DNA of 64,000 nucleotides, taken from NCBI GenBank assembly GCA_036746315.1, contig DAIOEK010000007.1:19759-83758 (forward strand), given 5' to 3'. A program made the translations under genes and the position numbers. This DNA comes from Anaerolineaceae bacterium. GTDB taxonomy: Bacteria > Chloroflexota > Anaerolineae > Anaerolineales > Anaerolineaceae. The stretch's first letter is position 1; the number at the start of each line of letters is the position of its first letter. Shown here piece by piece: positions 17,330 through 25,088 of this stretch. A model generated the notes under the pieces. It saw nothing but the letters and a program-made list of their open reading frames with translations. It made no database searches and had not been told where the DNA came from.

Positions 17330-18913
17330 CTATGTCTCCTGCATGCCCGTATCAGCCAGTCGATAGTAAAGGTCACCGACGTGTTTGAATGCCGGTGAAT
17401 TCACCAGTACAGAGAAGACAATTTCAGGCGTGCAGCGACGATAGATATTGGCTGCAGCATAAAGTTCCTGGGCGTGGACATGTCCCTGTGGGTTTAGTTT
17501 GGTTAGTTCCTGAGCGCATTGAATGATGATGTTTTCCCAATGGGGGCGTTTTGCTTTTTGGGCTTCCCAGTATTTATCCAGGTTGGCAACGTCGGGTACC
17601 ACGGTTGCCATACGTTCGTCATAGGTGGTGTTTACCTGTTGTTTCAGTAAAGCAAATACAATCCCTCCGTCTGCGCCGACCAAGATGGTGCGCAGCCATT
17701 CCTTGCTCTTTTTTTTCTCGACGTTGATCACCACCTCACCCCGGGCATTGGCTTTATGGATGGTAATGATGCTGCCGGGGAGGACGCCATTTTGTGCGTA
17801 CCATTCTTCCAGACCGACAACGTACCGATTGGGGCGCACCACCCATCCGGGAATCTGGGTCTGGGTTTCCGCATCGATAAATGAGAACTGGATGCGGGGG
17901 GATTCCAGTGCGGTGGGGAAGAGCTTTCGGGTGCGGCTGGATAGTGGCAGTGAACCAGCCCGCCAGTGTGGGTATGTCAGCACAACTTCCACCTGTTCCT
18001 TTTTTTCGTATTCAAAACAGGCGGTGCAGTATTCGTCATCCAGCGCTTTCTCGAGATCAGAAAGCTGCGGGGTAAAGTTCTCCCGGTTCACTTCCTGTGG
18101 CTGGAATTGCAAGTTAAGCGGCGTCTGGCGGACGTTTTCAGGTTCCAGGCGTTCCAGGTACCAGAGCACATCCCCCGAAGCGCCCACTTCGTCAAAGCGC
18201 GGGTCCTCCTGCAGAGCGAGGTTGAGCGAAAACTCGGTGAGTTTTTCGTTGACGCCCGGCGGAAGGTCCAACTGTTCCATGAGCTGATTGGTGGAAAGAG
18301 GCACACCGGCAGCCATATCCAACACTGCTTCGGCGAGATTCAGCTGACCGATGTTGATATCCACGAACAGGGCACGCGGGAACCATGCACCGGTGATGAG
18401 GGCGAGGTTCGGGTCGGAAGCCAGTAATTCTTCCAGTGCAATTTCCAGTTTTTCACCGTAGGATTCCAGTATCTGATCCAGTTGCGAGTCCTGCGGTTCT
18501 TCCGTGACTGCCGGGGTGTTCAGTTCGTGGTCTTCCAGATCCAACGCAAAACTGCGGATATCGTTTTTGTCGAATTCAACTTCCATAACTTTAAAGGACG
18601 CGACTTCAGGATTCTTGCCATCCCGTACTGATTTCACCTTGCCCTGTGACCAGCCAAGCGCGGGGAATTGAACCTGCTCACCCGGTTCGTAATGGTCTTT
18701 GGGTAAATATACCCGTCCATTTTTCAATTGTTTCTGTTGAAAGGATTTCTTTTCCTGCTCAAGCCTGTTTTGAATCACGGCTTTGAGGAGTTCCTGCGTT
18801 GTCTGGGGGGTTTCTAGTTCGAATAGGTGATTGTTGATAAAATCCAGGTCATTCTGTGAAAACTGATACTCTTCCCATTGTTCTGCCTGGAGTAATGCTG
18901 GGGCACCTGTCAT
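17330..18913 (-). CDS. Hypothetical protein (527 aa)
   Basis: Long ORF with normal composition. All overlapping antisense ORFs are shorter and compositionally skewed. No motif recognised. Confidence 0.55.
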   Translation of the reverse strand: MTGAPALLQAEQWEEYQFSQNDLDFINNHLFELETPQTTQELLKAVIQNRLEQEKKSFQQKQLKNGRVYLPKDHYEPGEQVQFPALGWSQGKVKSVRDGKNPEVASFKVMEVEFDKNDIRSFALDLEDHELNTPAVTEEPQDSQLDQILESYGEKLEIALEELLASDPNLALITGAWFPRALFVDINIGQLNLAEAVLDMAAGVPLSTNQLMEQLDLPPGVNEKLTEFSLNLALQEDPRFDEVGASGDVLWYLERLEPENVRQTPLNLQFQPQEVNRENFTPQLSDLEKALDDEYCTACFEYEKKEQVEVVLTYPHWRAGSLPLSSRTRKLFPTALESPRIQFSFIDAETQTQIPGWVVRPNRYVVGLEEWYAQNGVLPGSIITIHKANARGEVVINVEKKKSKEWLRTILVGADGGIVFALLKQQVNTTYDERMATVVPDVANLDKYWEAQKAKRPHWENIIIQCAQELTKLNPQGHVHAQELYAAANIYRRCTPEIVFSVLVNSPAFKHVGDLYYRLADTGMQET

Positions 18914-19095
18914 ACCTTGCCTCTTCTTCTGATTTAAAAATAGCCCTGTAATTATACCTTAGGGTTAATCGCAGCACAAGAAAAAGCGAAGAACGAAGAA
19001 AGTCATAAGAATCCCGGTATGACAGGTGACGGAAGTCCGCCGACACGGCTGCCCTGGAAGATATATAATATATTCAAATACCCACGGAGAGGACA

Positions 19096-19611
19096 ATGTA
19101 CCCAAAAGACGCAAAGCAACCCAATTATCGCGGCATCACCGTCGTTGCTGAAGCCAGCTCAATTGAGAAGTGGCGCAAGCAGGTGATTGCCGGACAACCG
19201 GAGACCGGCAGGTCTTACGCGTTGATCAGTGATGAGGGCTCGTACATGCCGGGCGGGGAAGGCACCGCCCCCACGCCGCTCACCTACTTCGTTTCAGGGA
19301 TGGCACTCTGACTGATCTCTCACGTTTCGCAGGTTGCGAAAAAAAAGAAGTTATCCATCCAAAACGAACATGTGATAGTGACGGCTCATTTTCATGAGCA
19401 TGGTTCCGTGCTGAAAGGCGATGCAGAAGGTTTTTGCGATGGCTTCGACATAGAGATCAAACTCGATACCGAAGAGGATGACGACATCATCGCCACGCTA
19501 ATCCGGGTGGCGCGCAAGATGTGCTTTACCGAAAAAGTGCTGACCGGTTCGGTGCCCGTGCATGTAACGCAGACCATCAACCAACAGCCGTTCGTCATCG
19601 ACGAGGCATAA
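19096..19611 (+). CDS. OsmC/Ohr-family peroxiredoxin-like protein with an in-frame TGA at 19309-19311 (candidate selenocysteine; alternatively a pseudogene)
   Basis: ORFs 19096-19311 and 19372-19611 are in the same frame. The joined read is ...GGEGTAPTPLTYFVSGMAL[TGA]LISHVSQVA...RVARKMCFTEKVL. The TGA sits where OsmC/Ohr proteins carry the first conserved Cys, and the second conserved Cys is retained. Confidence 0.55.
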
Positions 19612-19633
19612 ACATAAGACAACAGCCGACTAA

Positions 19634-19662
19634 AAAACCACCGCTTTTTGAGCGGTGGTTTT
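19634..19662. terminator. Bidirectional intrinsic terminator hairpin between convergent genes
   Basis: aaaaccaccgc-tttttga-gcggtggtttt, with A-run and T-run flanks. Confidence 0.7.
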
Positions 19663-19682
19663 GATATTCCTGCGGGTTCGGA

Positions 19683-20408
19683 TTATACCAGAACCTCTTC
19701 GGGAACGCGCATCACTTCGTTCGCCTTGACAACGGAATCGGGGACGTTGAAGTCCAGTTCCGTACCGGTCATCTGGCGGACGTAGTTCTTGACGACCTTG
19801 TCCCAGTATTTCTTGGTGACGTAGTAAACGCGGGCGCCACCCAGTTCGTGCTGGTATTCAGGCCACGGGTAAGAAGGCTGAGCCATACCGAGACCCCAGC
19901 GCATCCAACCGTTGTAGCTTTCGTAGGTTGCCCACCATTCCTTGTTGCCCAGCATCTCGAAGCCGTAGTAGGCTTTGGCGTAGTACATGACTGCGCCAAT
20001 GCGTCCACCGCGGACCAGCGCCATGGTGTGGAGGCTGATGTTGATGTCTTCGCTGACCAGGCGGCCATTGGCGAAGCCAGCCCACAACCCATCGATCAAA
20101 CCGACGAGGGTGTAAGGGTCCTTGAGGCGTTTGCGGTACCAACCCAGAATTTCAGCGTACACACGGGCACCCACGATATCGTAGAAGTCGTGGTCGGCTT
20201 CCATGACGCGCTTCATGTAATCCATCATCATGGGGGCTTCTTCCATTTTGGCTTCGCGGATATACAGGGTGCGACCGTCTTTCAATTTCACCATGGCGCC
20301 CGGCCAGGGTTTGAGGTCCATGGCAGGAGCCTGGAGCAGGGGTTCGATCTCGCGAACGTCGATCGTCAGTTGCTCTTCAGATACTTTCTCGGGGGGTTCA
20401 ATTCTCAC
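19683..20408 (-). CDS. Conserved hypothetical protein (possibly acyltransferase-fold), last gene of the decarboxylase cluster
   Basis: 241-aa ORF, 48 nt downstream of the cyclase gene on the same strand. No confident motif. Confidence 0.45.
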   Translation of the reverse strand: MRIEPPEKVSEEQLTIDVREIEPLLQAPAMDLKPWPGAMVKLKDGRTLYIREAKMEEAPMMMDYMKRVMEADHDFYDIVGARVYAEILGWYRKRLKDPYTLVGLIDGLWAGFANGRLVSEDINISLHTMALVRGGRIGAVMYYAKAYYGFEMLGNKEWWATYESYNGWMRWGLGMAQPSYPWPEYQHELGGARVYYVTKKYWDKVVKNYVRQMTGTELDFNVPDSVVKANEVMRVPEEVLV

Positions 20409-20456
20409 AGCAAGTCTCCTTTAAATAAAGTTAGATAAGAATAATTTTTCGCACGA

Positions 20457-21329
20457 CTAGATTTTGGACAGCTTGTTTAACCGCTCCACATGGGTCGGGT
20501 CGTACGCATCACCGAATTTGGTCTTGGGCATGGTTGCAGCCTTGGCCATCAGTTTGTCATAGTCATCATCTTCCACGAAGGCAACTGCACGACCGATGGA
20601 GGATTCGCCCTCGACGAAGCGCCAGGGGAAGAAGCCGACTTTAACGCGGCGGTTCAGCAGCAGGTCGATTTGACCGCCGAAGCATTCGGCATGGATGATG
20701 GATTCGGGGAAGAGGTCGATGTGCATCAATTGATATTTCTCATCATCGAACACTTCTTCCAGGGTCTTGTTGTACATCTTCTTGAATACTTTTTGTGCCT
20801 GGGCTGCCTGGCGGGGCATCCAGGTGCGGATGATGGTGTTCATGGGATGGTCAGCAGATCCGCAATCAACAGCGATCCAGCGTAGTTTCTTTTTCTTAGC
20901 CCAATCCGCGAATTCCTGTCCTGGACCCGGATGTTTCACCATGTAGCGGACTTCATCCGCGGTGGGGTGATCCCATCCGAAATGATGGTAACCGGTATGG
21001 ATGACGAGAATATCGCCTTCTTTAACTTCGACACGGTCTTCGATCATTTTGCTGGTGTACACCTGGTAATCACCGACAGCATCGGTCAGGTCGACAACAG
21101 CTGCATCATGCACAAGGTAATCCATGTCGAGGTCGGCAATGTCTTTTCCGGCGGTGTAGAAGTGGATTTCACCATCCAGGTGGGTGCCCAGGTGGTTGGA
21201 GTGGGTGAGCAGCTGGCCATTGGCGCCGTTGGGGGCAAGGCGTTTGAAGTACTTAATTTGTAAAGGCTCATAGGTTGGCCAAGCGGGGGTGGCGATGCCT
21301 AAAGGGATGGTTAGATCGATTAGTTTCAT
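20457..21329 (-). CDS. Putative cyclase / kynurenine-formamidase-like metal hydrolase
   Basis: THSNHLGTHLDGEIHF matches the HxGTHxDxPxH-type motif of the 'putative cyclase' family. Confidence 0.65.
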   Translation of the reverse strand: MKLIDLTIPLGIATPAWPTYEPLQIKYFKRLAPNGANGQLLTHSNHLGTHLDGEIHFYTAGKDIADLDMDYLVHDAAVVDLTDAVGDYQVYTSKMIEDRVEVKEGDILVIHTGYHHFGWDHPTADEVRYMVKHPGPGQEFADWAKKKKLRWIAVDCGSADHPMNTIIRTWMPRQAAQAQKVFKKMYNKTLEEVFDDEKYQLMHIDLFPESIIHAECFGGQIDLLLNRRVKVGFFPWRFVEGESSIGRAVAFVEDDDYDKLMAKAATMPKTKFGDAYDPTHVERLNKLSKI

Positions 21330-21432
21330 GGTTATTCTCCTTTTGTATGTATAAATACTTACTGGATGTTACCTGAACTTTAATTTATAAAATCGAAGCT
21401 AATAATTTCATCAGCTTCGATTAATTATAAGA

Positions 21433-22557
21433 CTAAACTCCACCTACAAGAAATGCGAGTAGAAGCCCTCCGGCTACAACGCTGCCGAGCTGACCCGCAA
21501 CATTCGCACCCATTGCATGCATGAGGAGGAAGTTGCTGGGATCCGCTTCCTGTCCAACCCGCTGAACTACACGGGCTGCCATTGGGAATGCGCTAATTCC
21601 AGCAGACCCAATGAGGGGGTTGAATTTCTTGCCTGATAGAACGTAGAGCAGCTTCGCAAAAAGTACACCACCAGCCATATCAAAAACGAATGCCAGTAAT
21701 CCAAGACCGATAACACCGAATGTTTCCACACGGACAAAGCTTTCTGCCTGCATTGAGACACCGATGCACAAGCCAAGTAATAGAGTTGTGATATTGGCAA
21801 TTTCGTTTTCTGCGGCACTTGCCAGGCGATCGACAACACCGCTCTCGCGTAACAAGTTACCAAACATAATTGTTGAGATCAAAGCGGAAGCTGCCGGTGC
21901 AATGAGAGAAACAACAACCGAAGCCGCGATCGGGAAGATAATTCTGACAGTTTTTGATACTTTCCGCTCAGAATAGGGCATATGAGTGGCACGTTCTGCC
22001 TTGGTTGTTAACAGCTTCATTACTGGAGGCTGGATGATGGGAACCAGCGACATATAACTATATGCCGCAACAGCAATTGGCGCGAGGAACCTCGGAGAGA
22101 GGGTTTTTGCAACAACAATTGATGTCGGTCCATCCATAGTGCCGATTGCTGCGATGGCGCCAGCGTCTTTAATCTCATATCCGAGGAAGAGGGCAACCAT
22201 CAGGGTTACGAAGATACCGATGTGACCAGATGCTCCCAGGAAAACCATTTTTGGGTTTTCATACAAGGGACCAAAATCGCACATTGCGCCCACCCCGATG
22301 AATAGGAGCAGAGGCAAAAGTTCTGTATCTATGCCCGCTTTGTAGATGATGGTAATGAACCCATGTTCACCGAAAATCTCAGTTAAGGGCAGGTTGGTGA
22401 TGATAGCCCCAAAACCGATAGGCAGGAGTAGTACGGGTTCATACTCTTTTACAATGGCCAGATAGATCAGAATTGCTCCAATAACAATCATTACCAATTC
22501 TTGCCAGGTAAACATGCTGGGAGCTTCTATGAGGAAATACAATTTGGATAGGTCCAT
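21433..22557 (-). CDS. Na+-transporting decarboxylase beta subunit (OadB/MmdB/GcdB family)
   Basis: 374-aa polytopic membrane protein. Its sequence is characteristic of the family, and the adjacent biotin carrier, OadG-like and carboxyltransferase genes support the call. Confidence 0.85.
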   Translation of the reverse strand: MDLSKLYFLIEAPSMFTWQELVMIVIGAILIYLAIVKEYEPVLLLPIGFGAIITNLPLTEIFGEHGFITIIYKAGIDTELLPLLLFIGVGAMCDFGPLYENPKMVFLGASGHIGIFVTLMVALFLGYEIKDAGAIAAIGTMDGPTSIVVAKTLSPRFLAPIAVAAYSYMSLVPIIQPPVMKLLTTKAERATHMPYSERKVSKTVRIIFPIAASVVVSLIAPAASALISTIMFGNLLRESGVVDRLASAAENEIANITTLLLGLCIGVSMQAESFVRVETFGVIGLGLLAFVFDMAGGVLFAKLLYVLSGKKFNPLIGSAGISAFPMAARVVQRVGQEADPSNFLLMHAMGANVAGQLGSVVAGGLLLAFLVGGV

Positions 22558-22567
22558 AGTATACCTC

Positions 22568-23011
22568 TTAGTCGATCTGGACCAGAATTTCGTTGAATTT
22601 TACCTTTTGCCCAGCTACAACACTCACACCAGAAACCACGCCATCTTTTGGACTGCGAATAGCGTTTCTCATCTTCATTGCTTCGAGGCTGACAACTTCC
22701 TGTCCTTTTGTTACGCTATCGCCTACTTTTACCAGTACATCCAGAATAGTACCGGGCATGGGTGCGATCACTTCATTACCGGAACCAGATGGTGCAACCG
22801 GAGCAGCAGCGCGAACAACAGGAGCAGCAGCTGGCTTTGCCGATACTGCCGGGCGATCAGCTTTTACTGCTGGTTTGGGCATCGAGACCGAAGCGGGCAT
22901 TTCAACCGAGTATTTGACACCATCGACGATAACATCTACTAATGATCCGGTAGTATCGCCAACTTCAACCTCATATTTTTTTCCATTTACGATCAAGTTT
23001 TGTTTTGTCAT
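22568..23011 (-). CDS. Biotin carboxyl carrier subunit (decarboxylase gamma-type)
   Basis: Ala/Pro linker followed by the biotinylation motif VVSLEAMKMRNAI. Confidence 0.85.
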   Translation of the reverse strand: MTKQNLIVNGKKYEVEVGDTTGSLVDVIVDGVKYSVEMPASVSMPKPAVKADRPAVSAKPAAAPVVRAAAPVAPSGSGNEVIAPMPGTILDVLVKVGDSVTKGQEVVSLEAMKMRNAIRSPKDGVVSGVSVVAGQKVKFNEILVQID

Positions 23012-23026
23012 TTGACCACCTGAATC

Positions 23027-23350
23027 TTATTTTTTTCTTCTATTATGGGCAGTAATCAGTCTTGAACTCCACCAGGCGCTACGATTTTCTTGTAGACTCT
23101 CCCCCAATCCTTCATATGGTTGGGTTTGCGCCAATTGAAGAGCAACTGCTATTGCTGCCACGATTGAATTATCGTCAGAGGGTGTTACTTTCACAGGAGC
23201 AATCTCCTGTTCCTCTTTTTCTTCTTTTTGCGACTTATCAGGGAAGATTGCCTGCAACCCGACAAGCAGGAAATAGAAAATTGCGCAGACTATAAACAGG
23301 ACTATAATCCCGACCACACTGATGTACAGTCCCTGTTGAATTGGATTCAA
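23027..23350 (-). CDS. OadG-like small membrane subunit of the Na+-pumping decarboxylase
   Basis: 107 aa with an N-terminal TM (GLYISVVGIIVLFIVCAIFYFLLVGL) followed by a charged tail. Its position between the alpha and biotin-carrier genes fits. Confidence 0.65.
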   Translation of the reverse strand: MNPIQQGLYISVVGIIVLFIVCAIFYFLLVGLQAIFPDKSQKEEKEEQEIAPVKVTPSDDNSIVAAIAVALQLAQTQPYEGLGESLQENRSAWWSSRLITAHNRRKK

Positions 23351-23377
23351 TTTACACCTCCTCTTAAGCTAATTATT

Positions 23378-24934
23378 TTACAGCGGGATACTGCCGTGTT
23401 TTCTAGAGGGCAGGGTAGCTTGCTTATCCTTCAACAATTCCAGGGCTGCGATCAGGCGTTGGCGGGTTTCAGAGGGTAGAATCACATCATCAATATGTCC
23501 TGCTGAGGCGGCTGCGTATGGATTTGCGAACTTGTCTCGGTATTCCTGAACCAGGCGAGCCCGTTCTTCATCTGGATTGGCAGCTTCTTTTAGTTCTTTG
23601 CGTTTAAGAATATTAACCGCACCTTCAGCACCCATGACAGCGATTTCAGAGGATGGCCAAGCGTAAACCAGGTCAGCGCGCAGGTATTTTGATCCCATCA
23701 CGATCATGGCGCCACCATAGCCCTTACGGGTGATGACTGTAATCTTGGGAACAGATGCTTCTGCATAAGCGTATAGAATTTTCGCGCCATGCCGAATAAT
23801 TCCACCATGTTCCTGTGCAACTCCGGGCAGGAAGCCGGGTGAGTCACTGAATGTAACAATGGGCAGATTGAATGCATCGCAGAACCGTACAAAGCGGGCG
23901 ATTTTGTCTGAAGCATTGATGTCGATGGAGCCAGCCATAACAGCGGGTTGCTGGCAAACTACACCAACAGACTGACCATGCAGACGGGCAAAACCGATGA
24001 TTGCGTTCTGGGCGAATGCTGCTGACACTTCATAAAAGCTATCCAGATCAAATACACGGGAAATGACATCGTGCATATCGAAAGAAGTGCTTGGATCAGC
24101 CGGGACGATGGTGTTCAGTTCAGGATCGGCGCGGTTGGGGTCATCGTCACTTGCATAGGAAGGTCCAGCTTCAGTATTGTTGGAGGGGATGTAGGATAGG
24201 ATCTTCCGGATCGCATCGAATGCATCCTGCTCACTATCCACTGCGAAGTGTGCCACACCACTAATTGAGCTGTGCGCATCTGCACCACCCAACTGTTCAC
24301 TATCAATCTCTTCACCGGTAACGGCTTTAATAACCTGAGGACCAGTGATGTACATATTTCCCATACCACGGACCATGATAATAAAGTCTTGAATGGCGGG
24401 TGAATAAACTGCACCACCGGCGCAGGGTCCCATGATGACACTAATTTGAGGAATGACACCTGATGACTGAACGTTGCGGTAGAAGACTTCACCGTAAGCT
24501 TCCAGACTCCAGATACCTTCTTGAATCCGGGCGCCGCCACCATCATTAATGCCGATGACGGGAATACCAGCAGTTGCTGCCAAATCCATAACTTTAGAGA
24601 TCTTTTTGCCAGCAACTTCGCCGAATGACCCACCCATAACGGTGAAATCCTGGGCATAAACACAAACGCGGCGGCCGTCGATTTTTCCGAAACCAGCCAC
24701 CACGCCATCGCCCAAATATCGATCCTTATCCAGGTCAAAATCGGTGAAGCGGTGCTCCATGAAGGGTTCAACTTCCTGGAAGGATCCGGCATCGAGCATC
24801 TGCGTAATCCTTTCGCGAGCAGTCATTTTCCCTTTTTCATGCTGAGCGTCGATGCGCTTCTGCCCGCCGCCTTCAGCGAGTTTGGCACGCATCTCTTTCA
24901 ATTTCTTGATCATGTCTTCTGAGGACGATCCCAT
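23378..24934 (-). CDS. Acyl-CoA carboxyltransferase (methylmalonyl-CoA decarboxylase alpha / PccB-like)
   Basis: MTARERI..LLD.GSF.E...DGVVAGFGKIDGRRVCVYAQDFTVMGGS... is the typical carboxyl_trans domain. The start was moved to MGSSSED because GGAGG lies within the longer ORF, 8 nt upstream. Confidence 0.9.
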   Translation of the reverse strand: MGSSSEDMIKKLKEMRAKLAEGGGQKRIDAQHEKGKMTARERITQMLDAGSFQEVEPFMEHRFTDFDLDKDRYLGDGVVAGFGKIDGRRVCVYAQDFTVMGGSFGEVAGKKISKVMDLAATAGIPVIGINDGGGARIQEGIWSLEAYGEVFYRNVQSSGVIPQISVIMGPCAGGAVYSPAIQDFIIMVRGMGNMYITGPQVIKAVTGEEIDSEQLGGADAHSSISGVAHFAVDSEQDAFDAIRKILSYIPSNNTEAGPSYASDDDPNRADPELNTIVPADPSTSFDMHDVISRVFDLDSFYEVSAAFAQNAIIGFARLHGQSVGVVCQQPAVMAGSIDINASDKIARFVRFCDAFNLPIVTFSDSPGFLPGVAQEHGGIIRHGAKILYAYAEASVPKITVITRKGYGGAMIVMGSKYLRADLVYAWPSSEIAVMGAEGAVNILKRKELKEAANPDEERARLVQEYRDKFANPYAAASAGHIDDVILPSETRQRLIAALELLKDKQATLPSRKHGSIPL

Positions 24935-25088
24935 ATAATGAACCTCCATTTAGTTAGTAATTACTTTTAGTCTATCCAATTTGCTGCTGACAAATCAAGT
25001 GATAGTGTTCAGCTACCCTGCTGATATTGTCATGATTTATTAAGAAGAGTGTACCGGGCTAAGCCGATACACTCTCACTACTCGAAAC

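Noticed and set aside
19096-19611. Treating 19096-19311 and 19372-19611 as two independent small genes.
   Set aside because: They share a frame, and each alone is only half of an OsmC fold. The second would need a GTG start with no RBS. A single read-through (Sec) gene or a pseudogene explains the data better.
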